A DNA stretch of 64,000 bases from the human T2T-CHM13v2.0 reference genome, Homo sapiens, in the NCBI RefSeq assembly GCF_009914755.1, contig NC_060925.1; one strand, given 5' to 3'. Every line of letters begins with the position of its first letter. Position 1 is the stretch's first letter. The position numbers were made by a program, and so were the translations under genes. The notes beneath the pieces were generated by a model. The model ran no database searches. It was not told where the DNA came from and saw only the letters and a list, made by a program, of their open reading frames with translations. Shown here piece after piece: positions 47,277-60,498 of this stretch.

Positions 47277-48928
47277 TCCTATATCCCCTCTTTTGTTTGA
47301 ATAAGAGTAAATAATATAAATATATTCGATGCCCTATAGAGTCATTAGTATAACTGTAACTTAACAAAGGATGAGACTGGCACCTGGGGGCTAAGAGATA
47401 TACACGAATTCATAGTTAGTTAATAGCAGAGATGTGAATAGAACCATCTCCGAACACAAAATAGAACTCATAAAATTACAATTTTGGTATTTATAACTCT
47501 GCCTACTTTCAGTGTTTGTGTTAATGAGTGTAATTTCACATATATGCTTTTGTTTTTGGTACCTAGAATTCTGTCCAAACACAGAGCAAGTAATCAATTA
47601 AAATCTGAAAAGTGAGTTATGAAAGCGGAGGCTTATTTATCAGTATTCCTAGACTTGAAAATTCTATTAAGCTCTGTATTTTCCTAAAGGTACATCTCTT
47701 TACTTTTCCAATGGCAGATTCTGATCTCCTCAATGGCGTTTGTGTGGAAGGGTCTTATGAGACAGCCGGGGGTGGGCACAGAACCTGTAACTAAGATCCA
47801 TCCAAGAGTAAAACTAGAAGTTTCAATACATAATGGGTGACATTTGTCACCTTTAGAAATAATAGACAACAGTAAGCAGGTTGCTGAAGAGATGTGGAAT
47901 CATTTAAATTCAGGAAAAATGATGAGGATGCAATTCCCTGATCCTGATGAGGATGGCTGATTTTTGCAGTTAAAAAGGAAAAGGTATAAATGAAACAATT
48001 CCATAACATATTTGGAAAAAAGATGTCAGAGAAGGATATTAGTCTGCATGAGAGCTAGAAATGAGAAGCCAAACAGTAAGAAGTTGGAGTTTGATACAGT
48101 ATTTTTTTTTTTAAGAGAAAAACTAAATGCGGTGGAGAAGGAATCTGGGAGGGACATCTGTGCTGCTCAGCTAGGTCATCAAGGTTGGCATCATCTGAGG
48201 AAAGCATCTCCCACCGCTGTCTGAGCCCCTTTGCTAAAATAGCTTCTGATTGGTAATCTTGCTTTCCAGGTGCTCTGATCCCAGGAAGGTAGTGTCCTAT
48301 ATGGAAAATGTCTGCACTTTGGTCACCAGGAGACTATCCTAATGATGTAAACAAATGTAGGTTGCTTTGGTGACTTAACATGAGCTTGTCCTTGAAAGCC
48401 TGAGTATCCTTGAATGAAGTGGCAAAGTCAAGTTTTCAAATTGATGGGAATGGGACGCATGCCTGTAATCATGATGCCCCACCAAGATATTGCTCCCTTC
48501 TGAGGTTCTTTCTGGGCTTCTTACCAGGCTTCCTTGAATGTGTCTTGTCTGGCTCTCTAACTTCAAGAATATAAAGATGATTTTTTTTTAAAGCAACATG
48601 TAGTTAGAGATTATTTTGAAAATCTTGATTAAAGAACACAAATCTTACAAGGAGTATTAAAATAACACCATTCTAGGAATATAAGATTAAAACCATCACT
48701 AAAATCATCCTGCTTAAAAAATTTTGTTACATTTAAATAAATATTTACATTTGTTAATATTAAAAAATATCCTTAAGAAATTAAAAACCTTGAAGAAACA
48801 CTTCAAAAATGCAAATTTATTTTCAGATACTTATTACTCATAATTCCTATAAGTGGTTTAAATGTTTTGTTATGAAAAATTGTTGCTTGTTTTTCCTTTT
48901 CCTTTTTCTTTTTTAAAAACAAGTTTCA

Positions 48929-49255
48929 GGCTGGGCACGGTGGCTCACGCCAGCACGGTGGCTCATGCCAGCATGTTAGAAGGCTGAGGTGGGAGGATCA
49001 CTTGAGCCCAGAAATTCAAGACCAGGCTAGGCAACATAGGGAGACCCCATCTCTACAAAAAATTAAAAAATTAGCCAGGCATGGTGGCACACATCTGTGG
49101 TCCTAGCTACTTGGGAGGCTGAGGTGGTAGAATTGCTTGAGTTTGGGAGGTCAAGGGTGAAGTTAGCCATGATTGTGCCACTGCACTCCAGCCTGGGTGA
49201 TAGAGCAAGATCCTATCTCAGAAAATTAAATACATAAATAAATAAATAAATAAAA
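48929..49255 (+). mobile_element. AluJ with an 18-bp 5' tandem duplication and a (TAAA)n tail
   Basis: Alu dimer, antisense to SLC44A5. Confidence 0.93.
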
Positions 49256-49580
49256 AGTTTGAAAAATCAAGCATTTGTTTCTTTTTAAACATCTTTCTTA
49301 GACCTCAGGTTAATGCCTATAAATGTCTACAACCAAACAATTTTAATTTGAAGGCAAATGGCTTGAGGTCCTTGTAAGGTAGCATTTTCTTAGATTATAC
49401 AATAAATTTTCCTCAATGACTTTTCCACTTACTGTAGTTAGAGGATTATAGACACATTACTTTTTATGACACTAGTGATAAATACATTTAACAGGTTATA
49501 CCAACCCAAGTTTTCCTTTAGGCAAAAAGATATTTTCTCATTATTACAATTTTAATGAAACCAGTTTTTAAAATACTCAC

Positions 49581-49712
49581 TAAATGTGAACCATGTTTGT
49601 TGCAGTTCAAAGTACATGCTTATGTTAGTCTGAATCCCGATGTCATAGATAGTTAATACAGAACTTGGGCGTTCCTGAAGATTGGTGTACTGCTGGTAAC
49701 AGTGCCATATTC
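49581..49712 (-). CDS. SLC44A5: SLC44A5 coding exon (GIWHCYQQY...QQTWFTF)
   Basis: ttcaag acceptor, gtgagt donor; 132 nt, phase 1 to 1; open and in frame with both neighbours. Confidence 0.95.
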
Positions 49713-50964
49713 CTTGAAAAAGAAAGAAAAACAGAATAATATAAAATATGATTTTCTGAAATAGGAGCTATATGTGCTCATCATACATATCTATATGAAA
49801 CTGATCAGCATGGTAATTTCTGCAAAGGCAAGACACATATTTACACAGCAAATATTTTATTTGGATCCAATAGTCTAAACATGCTACTGTATTTGATATA
49901 AATGTTTTCAGTATTTGTCTTGATAATTATGGCAACATCTGGCTTTAAATGTCCTTTTGACTAGAAATGACCTTAATGTCCATCAGTAAGACATCATGAT
50001 ATATTTGTTCAGTAGAAAGATGCGTCAAAAACTCCTCCTAAGGTTTATACCTAATACGAATTTATGATTATCCATTTATTTATTTATCCTTGCAATTCTA
50101 TGATTTTTGAGGTTATTTTAATAGATGTAACAAGTTTAGGGTTGGCATATTTTTAGTGAACTAAATCATTTTTATCCATAACATTGTCATTCTAAAATCT
50201 GTTTTGTCTGATATTATGTCTTCTTCCACTTTCTTTTGTTATTGATTGCTAGTATATTCTTTCCATCCCTTCACTTGCAAATGTTCTGTTTCCTTACATG
50301 TTGTATAACTTTTATAAATAATTTATAGCTCCAATTTGTATGTGTATATTTTAATCTGACCTGACAATCTCTGTATTCTAATTGGTGAGTTTAACATATT
50401 TATACTTTATATACTGATATATTTATATTTGTTTCTATGTTCTTAATTTTGCTTTTCGTATTCTACTTTGTGTCTATACTTCTTTTCTTCCAATTCTTGT
50501 CTTTTAAAAATTGATGATTTTTTGTTTGTTTACTTATATTCCATTTTTCTTCTCTACTCTTTTTGAGCAATCTACTCTATTTTTATAATAGATTACCTTG
50601 AAAATCTGTTCTTTTTTTAATAAGCCTAGAGTCAATATGTTAACAAGGAAATACAAGACCTTAGTTACTCAATAATCACCCACTCTAATTATTGCTCAAT
50701 AATTTTGTTATGTACATTTTAAATAAATTAGTTAGCATGTAGGTAAAGCTAAACAAATTTTGCCTGCATAAAATAATAATTTTAGTGTCCAATGTCTAAA
50801 GCAATTATTATTTTATGCAGGCAAAGTTTGTTTAGCTTTACCTAAAAGCTTACTAATTTATATTCTTTGCTCACTATGTTTTCTTTTTTTTATTTTTTAT
50901 TTTTGTATTACATCTCATATATTTCTGTGGAATCATTCTCCTTCTTCTGTCTCTCATAGCTGCA

Positions 50965-51680
50965 TTCAATCCATCAGGAAATACAGCTATTATACAAATA
51001 AAAGCATGTATGGCCACCCTCAAGAGTTTCTCTCATTTGGCATATAAATTTCTGCAATCATCTCCTTACTGGTCTCGTTGCTTCCACTCTTGCCTCACCA
51101 TGGTCTATTCTCAACACAGGGACTAGGGCAATCATTATATCTCATCTCTTTGCTACCCAAAGCCCTACATTGCCTCCCTGTTTCATTCAGAGTAAAAGCT
51201 TAGGTTTTATAATAATCTGTAAGGCTCTGCCCCCTTCATAAATTCTATGACCTCATCTCCTACTATTTTTTCCTTTACTCAGTACACCCATCCACACCAA
51301 GCTCTCAGCCACTTCTTCAACACACTCTTATGTTATAAGGCCTTTGCTCCAGCTGTACCCACTGTCTGGAACTTTTCCTTCATCTTAACTGTCTAACTCC
51401 ATTGCTTCCAAGTGTTTTCTTAGATATTTTCCCCAAAAGAGCCCTCCTGCTAATACTGCCATTTTCACTCCTTGCCCTACCATGGCATTCTCAATCTCCC
51501 CTTACCTGCTCTACCTTTTCTTTTTTCCATAGCAATAACCACCTTCTAAAATATATATTACTTAGGCTATGAGCATCATGAGAGTAAGAACCTTAGTCTG
51601 TTCCTTTACTGTTGTACATCAAGAGTCTAAAATAGTGTCTGTACACAGCAGCTGTTCAATTGATATTTGTTGAATAAACA
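50965..51680 (+). mobile_element. L2 (L2a-like) 3' part, flanked by old L1M remnants
   Basis: CTGGTCTC..TGCTTCCACTCTTGCC...TCTATTCTCAACACAG; ends TATTTGTTGAATAAA. Confidence 0.7.
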
Positions 51681-52098
51681 GAATAATGTATGACTAGATG
51701 TGGATTTCTCTTCCTTTACTCTCCTTAGTATAATGAGGGCTTCCTATATCTATGGATCCATGGTTTCATCGGTTCTAGAAAATTCTCAGCCAAGAGCTTT
51801 CAAATATGGTTGATATATGTTAGGCCTTTCTCAACCTATTTTCTATTTCTTTGAACCACACAATCATATTTTTGTCCCCTTGTTACATTCTGCTATATTT
51901 TTGGTAATTACTTCAGATTCATATTTCAGTTCATTAATTCTCTATTTTGCTGTTTAGCTTATCAATTAGTTTTTAATCTAACATTTTTATTTTGAAAAGT
52001 TCTATATGGCTCTTCTTCATGTATGCCTGGACGTTTTTGTTGATTTTTATTTTTGTTGCCCAAGCCTTTAATAAATGATACTCCATGTCCATGAATGA

Positions 52099-52769
<671 letters not shown>

Positions 52770-55057
52770 ACATGTTCTATATCTATTAATTCCCATATTT
52801 GAATTCTTGGAGACCTCAATCTCATGTTTATAGTATCCACTGATTTTCACACAGAACTGTTTTCTTGCAGGTCAGGTAGTCTCGGACTTTATTGATCTGA
52901 ATCTGTGAAAACCTGGTGATGTTAATTGAGGAAACTTTCATCTAGAGGAGATTTACATTTGTTTATTTTGGCAGTCAAAGGGTACTAACAAACTGGGGTC
53001 ATTTTAGACATTTCTAGGATGCCAGACTTACTCCAGGAGTTTCAGGTATGATCCCCTGTTCTGCTGCCAACTCAGGTCTAAGTCTCCCGATCCCAGCACT
53101 GCTATGGGTTACCCAGTGCTTCCTGCTTGGTTCCCCGCTTTGATTTTAGCTCATGAGTTATTTTTTTCATTTGGAGGAGATTTCCTTTATTTCCTAAAGT
53201 TTATCAAAACAATGTATTATATAAAACAATACAGCGCAATCCTCTTTTTAATGTCACGATTTCATAGCAAGAAGGCCCTTCAGACAGTTTACTTTCCTCC
53301 TACTAGTGAATGTGAAAGTCTAGACAATATTTTCCAATTTCTCTTTCTTTGCTTTCTCTCTCTTGTCCTAGATTTTTAAAAATTATGATCTCTGGACTTC
53401 AAGTCCTCTTTCCTCAATAATATTCCTGAATAACAATAATATCAGCAACAACAAAAATAGACATTATTTATTGAACATTTACTATATGCTAGCAAAATCT
53501 AAGTACTTTATAAGCATTATTTTGTTTAGTAGTCACATATTCCTGTTATATGATTGAGAAACCTATGAATTAAAGAAAACTGTATGCTTGCAGAGGATCA
53601 TACAGTTAATATGTGATGAATCTGGGATCGTGCCTTTTTCATACCTTAAATAGATGCTCATAAACCAAAGTGTTATATGTCTTCTCCTGTATACCTCTTA
53701 ACCTGTTCTGGCCAATGAGAATTGTTCCATTGCTGTTCATAAACACTTGCCCACAAACAGTCTGGCTTTTTCTCTGCTCAGTATGACACATCCACATTGT
53801 TATTTGCTCTAGTAAATGGGCTGCTGTCAGTAGGAAATTTCAGTAGAAAAAATTGGTTTCTCATGATATGTAGAAAGTCAATTGTCCAGGATAGTAGCAG
53901 AGGTCAGTTACATGTAGTCTTATTTTCTGACACTCCTCAACCTAACTGGACCTTTCCTCCCTCAGTAAATTACTGTCAAGCTTACTTCCTACACCATTAA
54001 TTTTTGGGTTAATACTATCTAGGGAGTCAATAGGGAGCGAAAATTAAGTTGTTTTACCTGCACTTTTTATATGTTGACCATGTTTCTCCTTTTTGCCATT
54101 GTCAAAACTGCACTACAGCCAATCTCAGATTTTTCTTGCTACTTAAGACATCAGTTAAGTCAATAGCAGACTTTACTGCCCTTTCCTTCCTGATGACAAT
54201 GCAAGAGTGATTGAATCACAAGCCCAGACTCTCCAGTGGCAAAGGGCAGAGTTTATTTTAAGCTCCAAGCAGGAACACAAAAACAAGATGTTTAAACAAC
54301 TTTTTTTTTTGCAGTTTCTGATTAGGGCATGAAAGTTCTTGTGTTCCTGGACCAGACTGATCCACCTCTTATTTGTTACCTGGCTGTGCTCAATAAGAAG
54401 CTCAGGTGGGATGCAAGAGGAGCCGTACAGCAGGAGCAGATAGGGAACACCTGAGAAGTCCAAATGATTTACTAAAAACTCATTGGAGATAATGAGGAGG
54501 GTAATAACAATAACCCAATGCATACTGATTGTCAGCTGTGTTCCAGGTACTGCTCTAAGAGCTTTATATTCATTGTCTCATTTAATCCTTAAGATCCTCT
54601 GAGATGAAGATACCATTATTATGCTGATATTATAGACGAGAATACCAGGTCTTTTAACCACCAACAAACTTCCAAAGTTACCCAGTTGTATGTTATGGAG
54701 CTGGATTAGAACACAGGCTAACTATACAACCTGCAGATTCAACTGCATTCTTATATGTGCAAAGCTCTTCTTCATTGAATGACAGAAATAAGAGATTGTT
54801 ATTTTTGATGTCTACTACCATAAAACTGTTGTCAGTCCAAATGGTGCCGTAGGGGAAATCATTCTTTTAAATAGAAACATCTCAAACATTCATATAATAT
54901 ATTGGCTCATACCTTTTTTAGAAGACTGAAAGGAAGCTTCCACAGGTGGTATATACTGTTCCACGTGAGACACTTTAATTCATATGTAGAGCTGACATTA
55001 TACCTGATATGTATTGTTTTGGGGGGATCAAGTTTGTGATTAGATTTCAACCTTGAT

Positions 55058-55317
55058 TTTAAAAATTGTATTTGTATAAATTTATGGGGTACGCATATAA
55101 TTGTGTTATATGTATATATTGCATAGTGGCTCTTAGTGTATCCATCACCTGAATGACATGCATTGTATCCATTAAATAATTTTTCATTATCCACCCCCTT
55201 CCAGTCGTCAACCCTTCCACGTTCCCACTGTCTATTACTCCACACTCTACGTCCACGTGTACTCATTATTTAGCTCCCACACATTATTTAGCTCCCACAC
55301 ATTATTTAGCTCCCACA
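55058..55317 (-). mobile_element. Short L1MA-like 3' end fragment
   Basis: TTTATGGGGTAC...TCCATCACCTGAAT...TTTAGCTCCCAC L1 3' UTR motifs. Confidence 0.8.
55264..55317 (+). repeat. Perfect tandem repeat, 3 x 18 bp (CATTATTTAGCTCCCACA)
   Basis: Read directly from the sequence. Confidence 0.95.
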
Positions 55318-55360
55318 GACAGTACTGTAATTCTCCATACAAAAGTGTAATTCGGAATAC

Positions 55361-55378
55361 TTGCCTCTAGAGGGCAAT
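55361..55378 (+). promoter_or_regulatory. Candidate CTCF site
   Basis: TTGCCTCTAGAGGGCAAT; core CCTCTAGAGGGC matches CCACTAGAGGGC at 11 of 12 positions; motif match only. Confidence 0.4.
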
Positions 55379-55839
55379 GCTTCATTGTGGAGTACCAATT
55401 ATTAAACGGTGTGACAGCACCTGGATTAAACGTACTAAGTTGAAAGAGAAAAATAGATCACACTTCTGTAACTTTTCGGACCTGGCCTTTGATCGGATAG
55501 AAACGTTAAAGAAATAAAAGAAGTTGTCTGAAATGTTTTTCATTAATCTAAAAGGATTTCTTTTTACCTCCTTCTTAGTATCCATGAGGCAGGAGACCAA
55601 AGGCTGGTAGGGAAAAGAGTAAAATGTTCTGACAGCATTTTTTCCCCAAAGATACAGGAAGAAAAAGTTACAGAGACAATATATGCAAAATGAAATATTT
55701 TTTCTAAGTTTAAAGCTTTTTTGAGGGTAAAGAATAATTAGATCCACTGAAAACAAATGCTTTCTGGTAACTGATAACAGCGATTGAAAATAAAAGGATT
55801 ATTCTGATATTTGATAATTTGAAGAGGAGTGATACCTAC

Positions 55840-55952
55840 CATAACCTATAATTCCAATCACACCAATCATGAAGACCCAGAAGAGGCATCCAGCTATGAA
55901 CCTCAGAAGTATCAAAAATATCCAACTAAGGACCATGGCAATCGTCAGGCCA
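55840..55952 (-). CDS. SLC44A5: SLC44A5 coding exon, transmembrane segments ([37 protein letters not shown])
   Basis: ttctag acceptor, gtaggt donor; 113 nt, phase 2 to 1; hydrophobic, LLRF motif. Confidence 0.95.
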
Positions 55953-58840
55953 CTAGAAAAAACCCACAACAAACACAGTGGTCAAGTGTGCTAAACACAG
56001 CATATTACAAACATCAAGACAAAACTTTTTTTCTATTCAAAATTATTCTTAAATTCTTTTATTTTACCTGGCTATAGAAACATTAATAATGTTAAAAAGT
56101 GTAAACAATGATTTCCATTAAGACTTTCATATGAAAGAATAGGATCATCAGGGACTTTATACAGAACTCATCTTCATGTACCTGGGTAAACTGAAGTCTA
56201 GTATCAGTCATTGTTCAAGGAAAAATACAATTTCTCCAACTACAATTTTGATTTATTGGAGACAGTTGCCATGTCTTATTTTTTCCCTTCCTACCTATCT
56301 ACTAGGTCATAAATTGTGAAATGTATTCATGATGAATTTGTTCTGTTCCATTTACTTAGTGACTGGTGGAAATCTTCTATAATATGGCTATCTAGAAGTA
56401 AGAGAATCATTTTGGGGCAGAAAGATAAGAAAAATAACTGGCCATCCCCGGAGCCCATAATGCTGTAGTCATTATCACTATGGTCTAATTATCTCTAGGA
56501 GTTTGTGATGCCTTATGTCATCCAGACTTCTATTCCAGCTCCCCAGTGATCTGTGGGCCATTATTTGGAATCATGATAAGGCTTCTGTGTCTCCAGGGAC
56601 ATGTGACTTTATCAAGCAATTAACAGCACGACTATCTTCTGTCAGCTTTAATTTCTTCTTAGAGCTTGACTGAACTACTAGAGAAGCTTCTTTTCCTCCC
56701 ATATATCCAGGTTAAGGTCACATTGGAGTCTTCTAATGTAATTTCCTCAAAGAGAACTCATTAAGATCGGAAAGTTGGCTGACTGTTCTATTAAGAACTG
56801 ATATGTCTGGTGCTATCTGTAAGTTTCCAAACATAGCAACAGACAGAGTGTAGTACATTTATTAAGTTATTGTCTCAAGTGTTATCTTTTTATTATAAAA
56901 AATCTCAATAATTACTGTCACTGGATAGATGACAACACAGTATTGAAGTATCATGGTCTTGCAAAGCCTGCGCTTTTAACTTGAGAAGTCATTCCCTCTT
57001 AAAATCACGGACACTTTAATGCTTAAATATTCAATATGATTGAAAGATTATTCCATGGCCTAGCCCAAGGGAAGTATTCAGAAATGTCAGAGGAAAAAAA
57101 ACAAAAAATACAGCTATTTTAAGCGTATCAATACTTTAGATTTATATTTATAAAATAAATAAGAGCAGAAGAATTGAAAATAAAGGGAGATGTTCATGTT
57201 TTACTCTTATGAGTGGTGCCTGGGTGGAGAGGGTTTCATTGTGTGTTTTGGGGGTGAGGTAGGCAGGATAATCTATCATAATGTACACTTGTTCAGGTAG
57301 GTGTGAAAAAGCCAAATGAAGAAGAAGCGTGGAAATTATCTAGTGACATTTGGGTCTGACAATAGGAGAATCAATTTAAATACTGTCGAGAATAGACTAC
57401 AATCTCTGCTGGAGATAAATCCTAACATACTAACAGTAATTACTGTAATTGTTTAGGACAAAGCATCAAAATGAGTAAAATCTCATAAAGTGATCTAATT
57501 TTACAGCTCTAAACACCACACACTAGTATCTCACACAAAATACAACTTAGACTTTATTATGCATCATATAGTTACATGCATCTATCTTGCTCCACTAGTG
57601 TTTTTCGTACTCTTCCCTGAACCACATTTTTTTTGTGCTGCTACATTCAAGGACCCATATAGAAGTTAGGAAAACAAAGATGAGTTAGACATAGTTACTA
57701 TTGTAAAAAGTTCATACTTTATCAGAGGGAAAGGGCCAGGTAAATAAAACACAGAATGGTAGGTGCTATATGGAAGATAAGTATGTGTGTGTATTTATAG
57801 GTGTGTAAACACACACATGTACACACATGATGGGTATGAGGAACACATAAGAAGAAGTAAGTAATTACATCTGGGGAAGATAATAAAGGTTATAAATGAT
57901 ACTAAAGCTGATTTTTAAAAAGGAGGTGCAGTTGTCCAGGACTCAGTACCAGGAAAGGAAACAGAATGTGCAAATTTACAGGATTTGATAGTCTAGGGAT
58001 GGGCACATTATTTGATATGTTTAGAATATAGTGTTAACCAAGAAACTTGGGTGGAGATGAATCTGAGAAACTAAATTGGGCTAGGTTTTAAAGGGCCTTA
58101 GAAGTAACTGAAAAAGTTTTAATTTTAGTCTTTGACCATTAGGGAACCATGGGAGCTTTTAAGCACTGGAGGGTGACAAAAGAGCCAGACAGTAATGACA
58201 GTCTTAAATGGGTCACACATTTACCCATTCCAGTCCAGTGACTACATTTCCTTAACTTTCTAGGAATGCAACTCTTATGCCTGAAAATGTTACATCTCCT
58301 CCTCCTTGTTATCTATACATATATATTTATGTATCGCATATGTAGCTATGTAGCTTTCATAACTACAATGACTTCTGGTTATGATGAATACCAATCATTA
58401 TGTGGAAGGGATGTGTTGAAAAATAGGAACGATCCTTTTAAAGTCAAGGGAGGGACGAATTAGAAAAAAGAATCTGAGAAACAATCCTGCCTCCACAGTA
58501 GCATGTGATGAGAAGCACACGAGTATTACAGATACAGAAGTCCTGCAGATATTGCTCCATGTGACTTGAAGTATATATTCATAGGTACTTTTATTAGTAC
58601 TTTAGTGAATAAAATTAAAATTTACACTCTGCCAACAGTGGGCATATTTCCAAATATCTTTTCCCTGTCTCACCTCACCTGAAAAAGAAAATGGCAGGAA
58701 CTGACATCTGAGTGAAATTTGTTATGCCACCAGTACATTTCTTTTATTCATGAATAAAAATATAAAATTTGAAGAAAGAGTTCTACAAAGATAAAATCAG
58801 AATGGGGCTGGAGAAGAAACATCTATGTGTTTTCACTTAC

Positions 58841-58924
58841 ATGAGAATCCAATACCAAGTTCTTGCATAGTCTTCAAACACTTTCAATCCAAGTGACTTT
58901 GCATCAAGAAGTTTATTGATACCA
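58841..58924 (-). CDS. SLC44A5: SLC44A5 coding exon ([27 protein letters not shown])
   Basis: tgcag acceptor, gtaagt donor; 84 nt, phase 2 to 2; KxFEDxxxxWYWI family motif. Confidence 0.95.
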
Positions 58925-59999
58925 CTGCATTGAAAGAAGGGAAAAAATCAATTATTTTTTGATGACCACTAAACAGAAATGTTCTTTTTATGATAAAAGG
59001 GATTCTGCAAGGTGCTGTTGAAAGCATGTTTTCAGAAACCATCTATCAGTAGTGACTGTTTTCCTAGCCACAATAATACATAAAATGTCACTTCAGTAAA
59101 CCTGCAAAGGTAGCTATAGCTGCACGCAGAGAGAACATGGTTTTCAAGAACGGTGAACAAATCCTTTTCCACTGTATGCAACATTCCCTCAATATTGCAG
59201 AAACCTCACTGTAAGAAATGAATTTAAATGATAAGATTAGCTTTTAATTTGCAAAACCCATAGTCAAGAATGAACATGATCTTTAATTCCTCTTCCTAAT
59301 CCTGACAGTAAGGCATGATGGAACACATACTAGAAATTTCACAATCATCACTGTCCAATTTGAGGAATTATCAAAGTTAACACATTTATGTAACTACAAC
59401 ATTGTCAACCCCTTCTTCATGTGCCCCAATTGCAACACCTCTCCCTTCCTCAAAGTAACCACTATTCTGACTTTTGTGATAATTCCTAAGTTTTCTTTTT
59501 CATTTTACTAATTATATATGCATCACAGGGAAATAAATTTAACTCTGCTTGTTTTTGACTTTTATATCAAAGAAATCATATTTGTATCATTATTTTGAGA
59601 CTTCTTTTACACAGATTTATATTTCTGAAAATCATGCAAGCTGCTATTGTATTCTAAATCTGCAGGAACTACACTGTACTAATTATACTCCTAAAGTCTT
59701 TTAAGATAAATAAATTTTTAGAATATCTTTTTTATCTATAATTCAACAACTGAGCAATGCAGCGATATGCTGTACACATTTATGTTTGTGCACATGTGTG
59801 TATGCGTGCACACAGGGAAATATATTTTCCAGTAACATGGAGCACCATGTGTGTAGAGCCAAGGGACGTGGGGAATTTACTGCATTATACTTAGTACATA
59901 GAAATTTGATATGCCACCAATACATTTCTTTATGTCACACTTCTATACCTGTTGATAATGAAAGATTTAACCATTTTGAAAAGCATCATTATTCTTTCT

Positions 60000-60136
60000 T
60001 TCTTTTATTTTCCTTTTTTTTTTTTTAAATCCCAGCTAGTCAGGAGGCTGGGGAAGGAGAATTGCTTGAACCGGGAAGGTGGAGGTTGCAGTGAGCTGAG
60101 ATATGGCCCCACTGCTCTGCAGCCTGGGCAACAGAA
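60000..60136 (+). mobile_element. Rearranged Alu: poly(T) followed by a right-arm fragment, inside a 21-bp TSD
   Basis: TSD AAAAGCATCATTATTCTTTCT at 59979-59999 and 60137-60157. Confidence 0.88.
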
Positions 60137-60232
60137 AAAAGCATCATTATTCTTTCTAAATGATTCTGGGTTCTCCCTTACATGTTCTTCTTAATGAATA
60201 TGTATCAAGCTCTTCAATTCACAGTAACACGT

Positions 60233-60239
<7 letters not shown>

Positions 60240-60275
<36 letters not shown>
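60240..60275 (+). repeat. (AT)18 microsatellite
   Basis: Uninterrupted AT run. Confidence 0.95.
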
Positions 60276-60278
<3 letters not shown>

Positions 60279-60374
60279 ATTATTTTCCTATAACCCTTAA
60301 CCCAATAGGCGCTTTAGTCTCGAGTGCAATAACAAAATGCATCAAACTGAAAATTAGAATGTAAACACACATAC

Positions 60375-60498
60375 TTTGCAGCAATCCCGAGTTCTACAAC
60401 ACTTCTTGTCCCTCCATTTCCATCTTGAAACATCATCTTACTTCCTATTGTTAAAGTGCCATTTTTGGTAGAGAAGTCAGGGAAACATCTCTGGAGAA
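60375..60498 (-). CDS. SLC44A5: SLC44A5 coding exon ([15 protein letters not shown]...ELGIAAN)
   Basis: tttacag acceptor, gtatgt donor; 124 nt, phase 1 to 2; contains the CTL-family RCFP motif. Confidence 0.95.

Noticed and set aside
55264-55317. CRISPR-like repeat array
   Set aside because: No spacers and a eukaryotic L1 context; a simple tandem repeat
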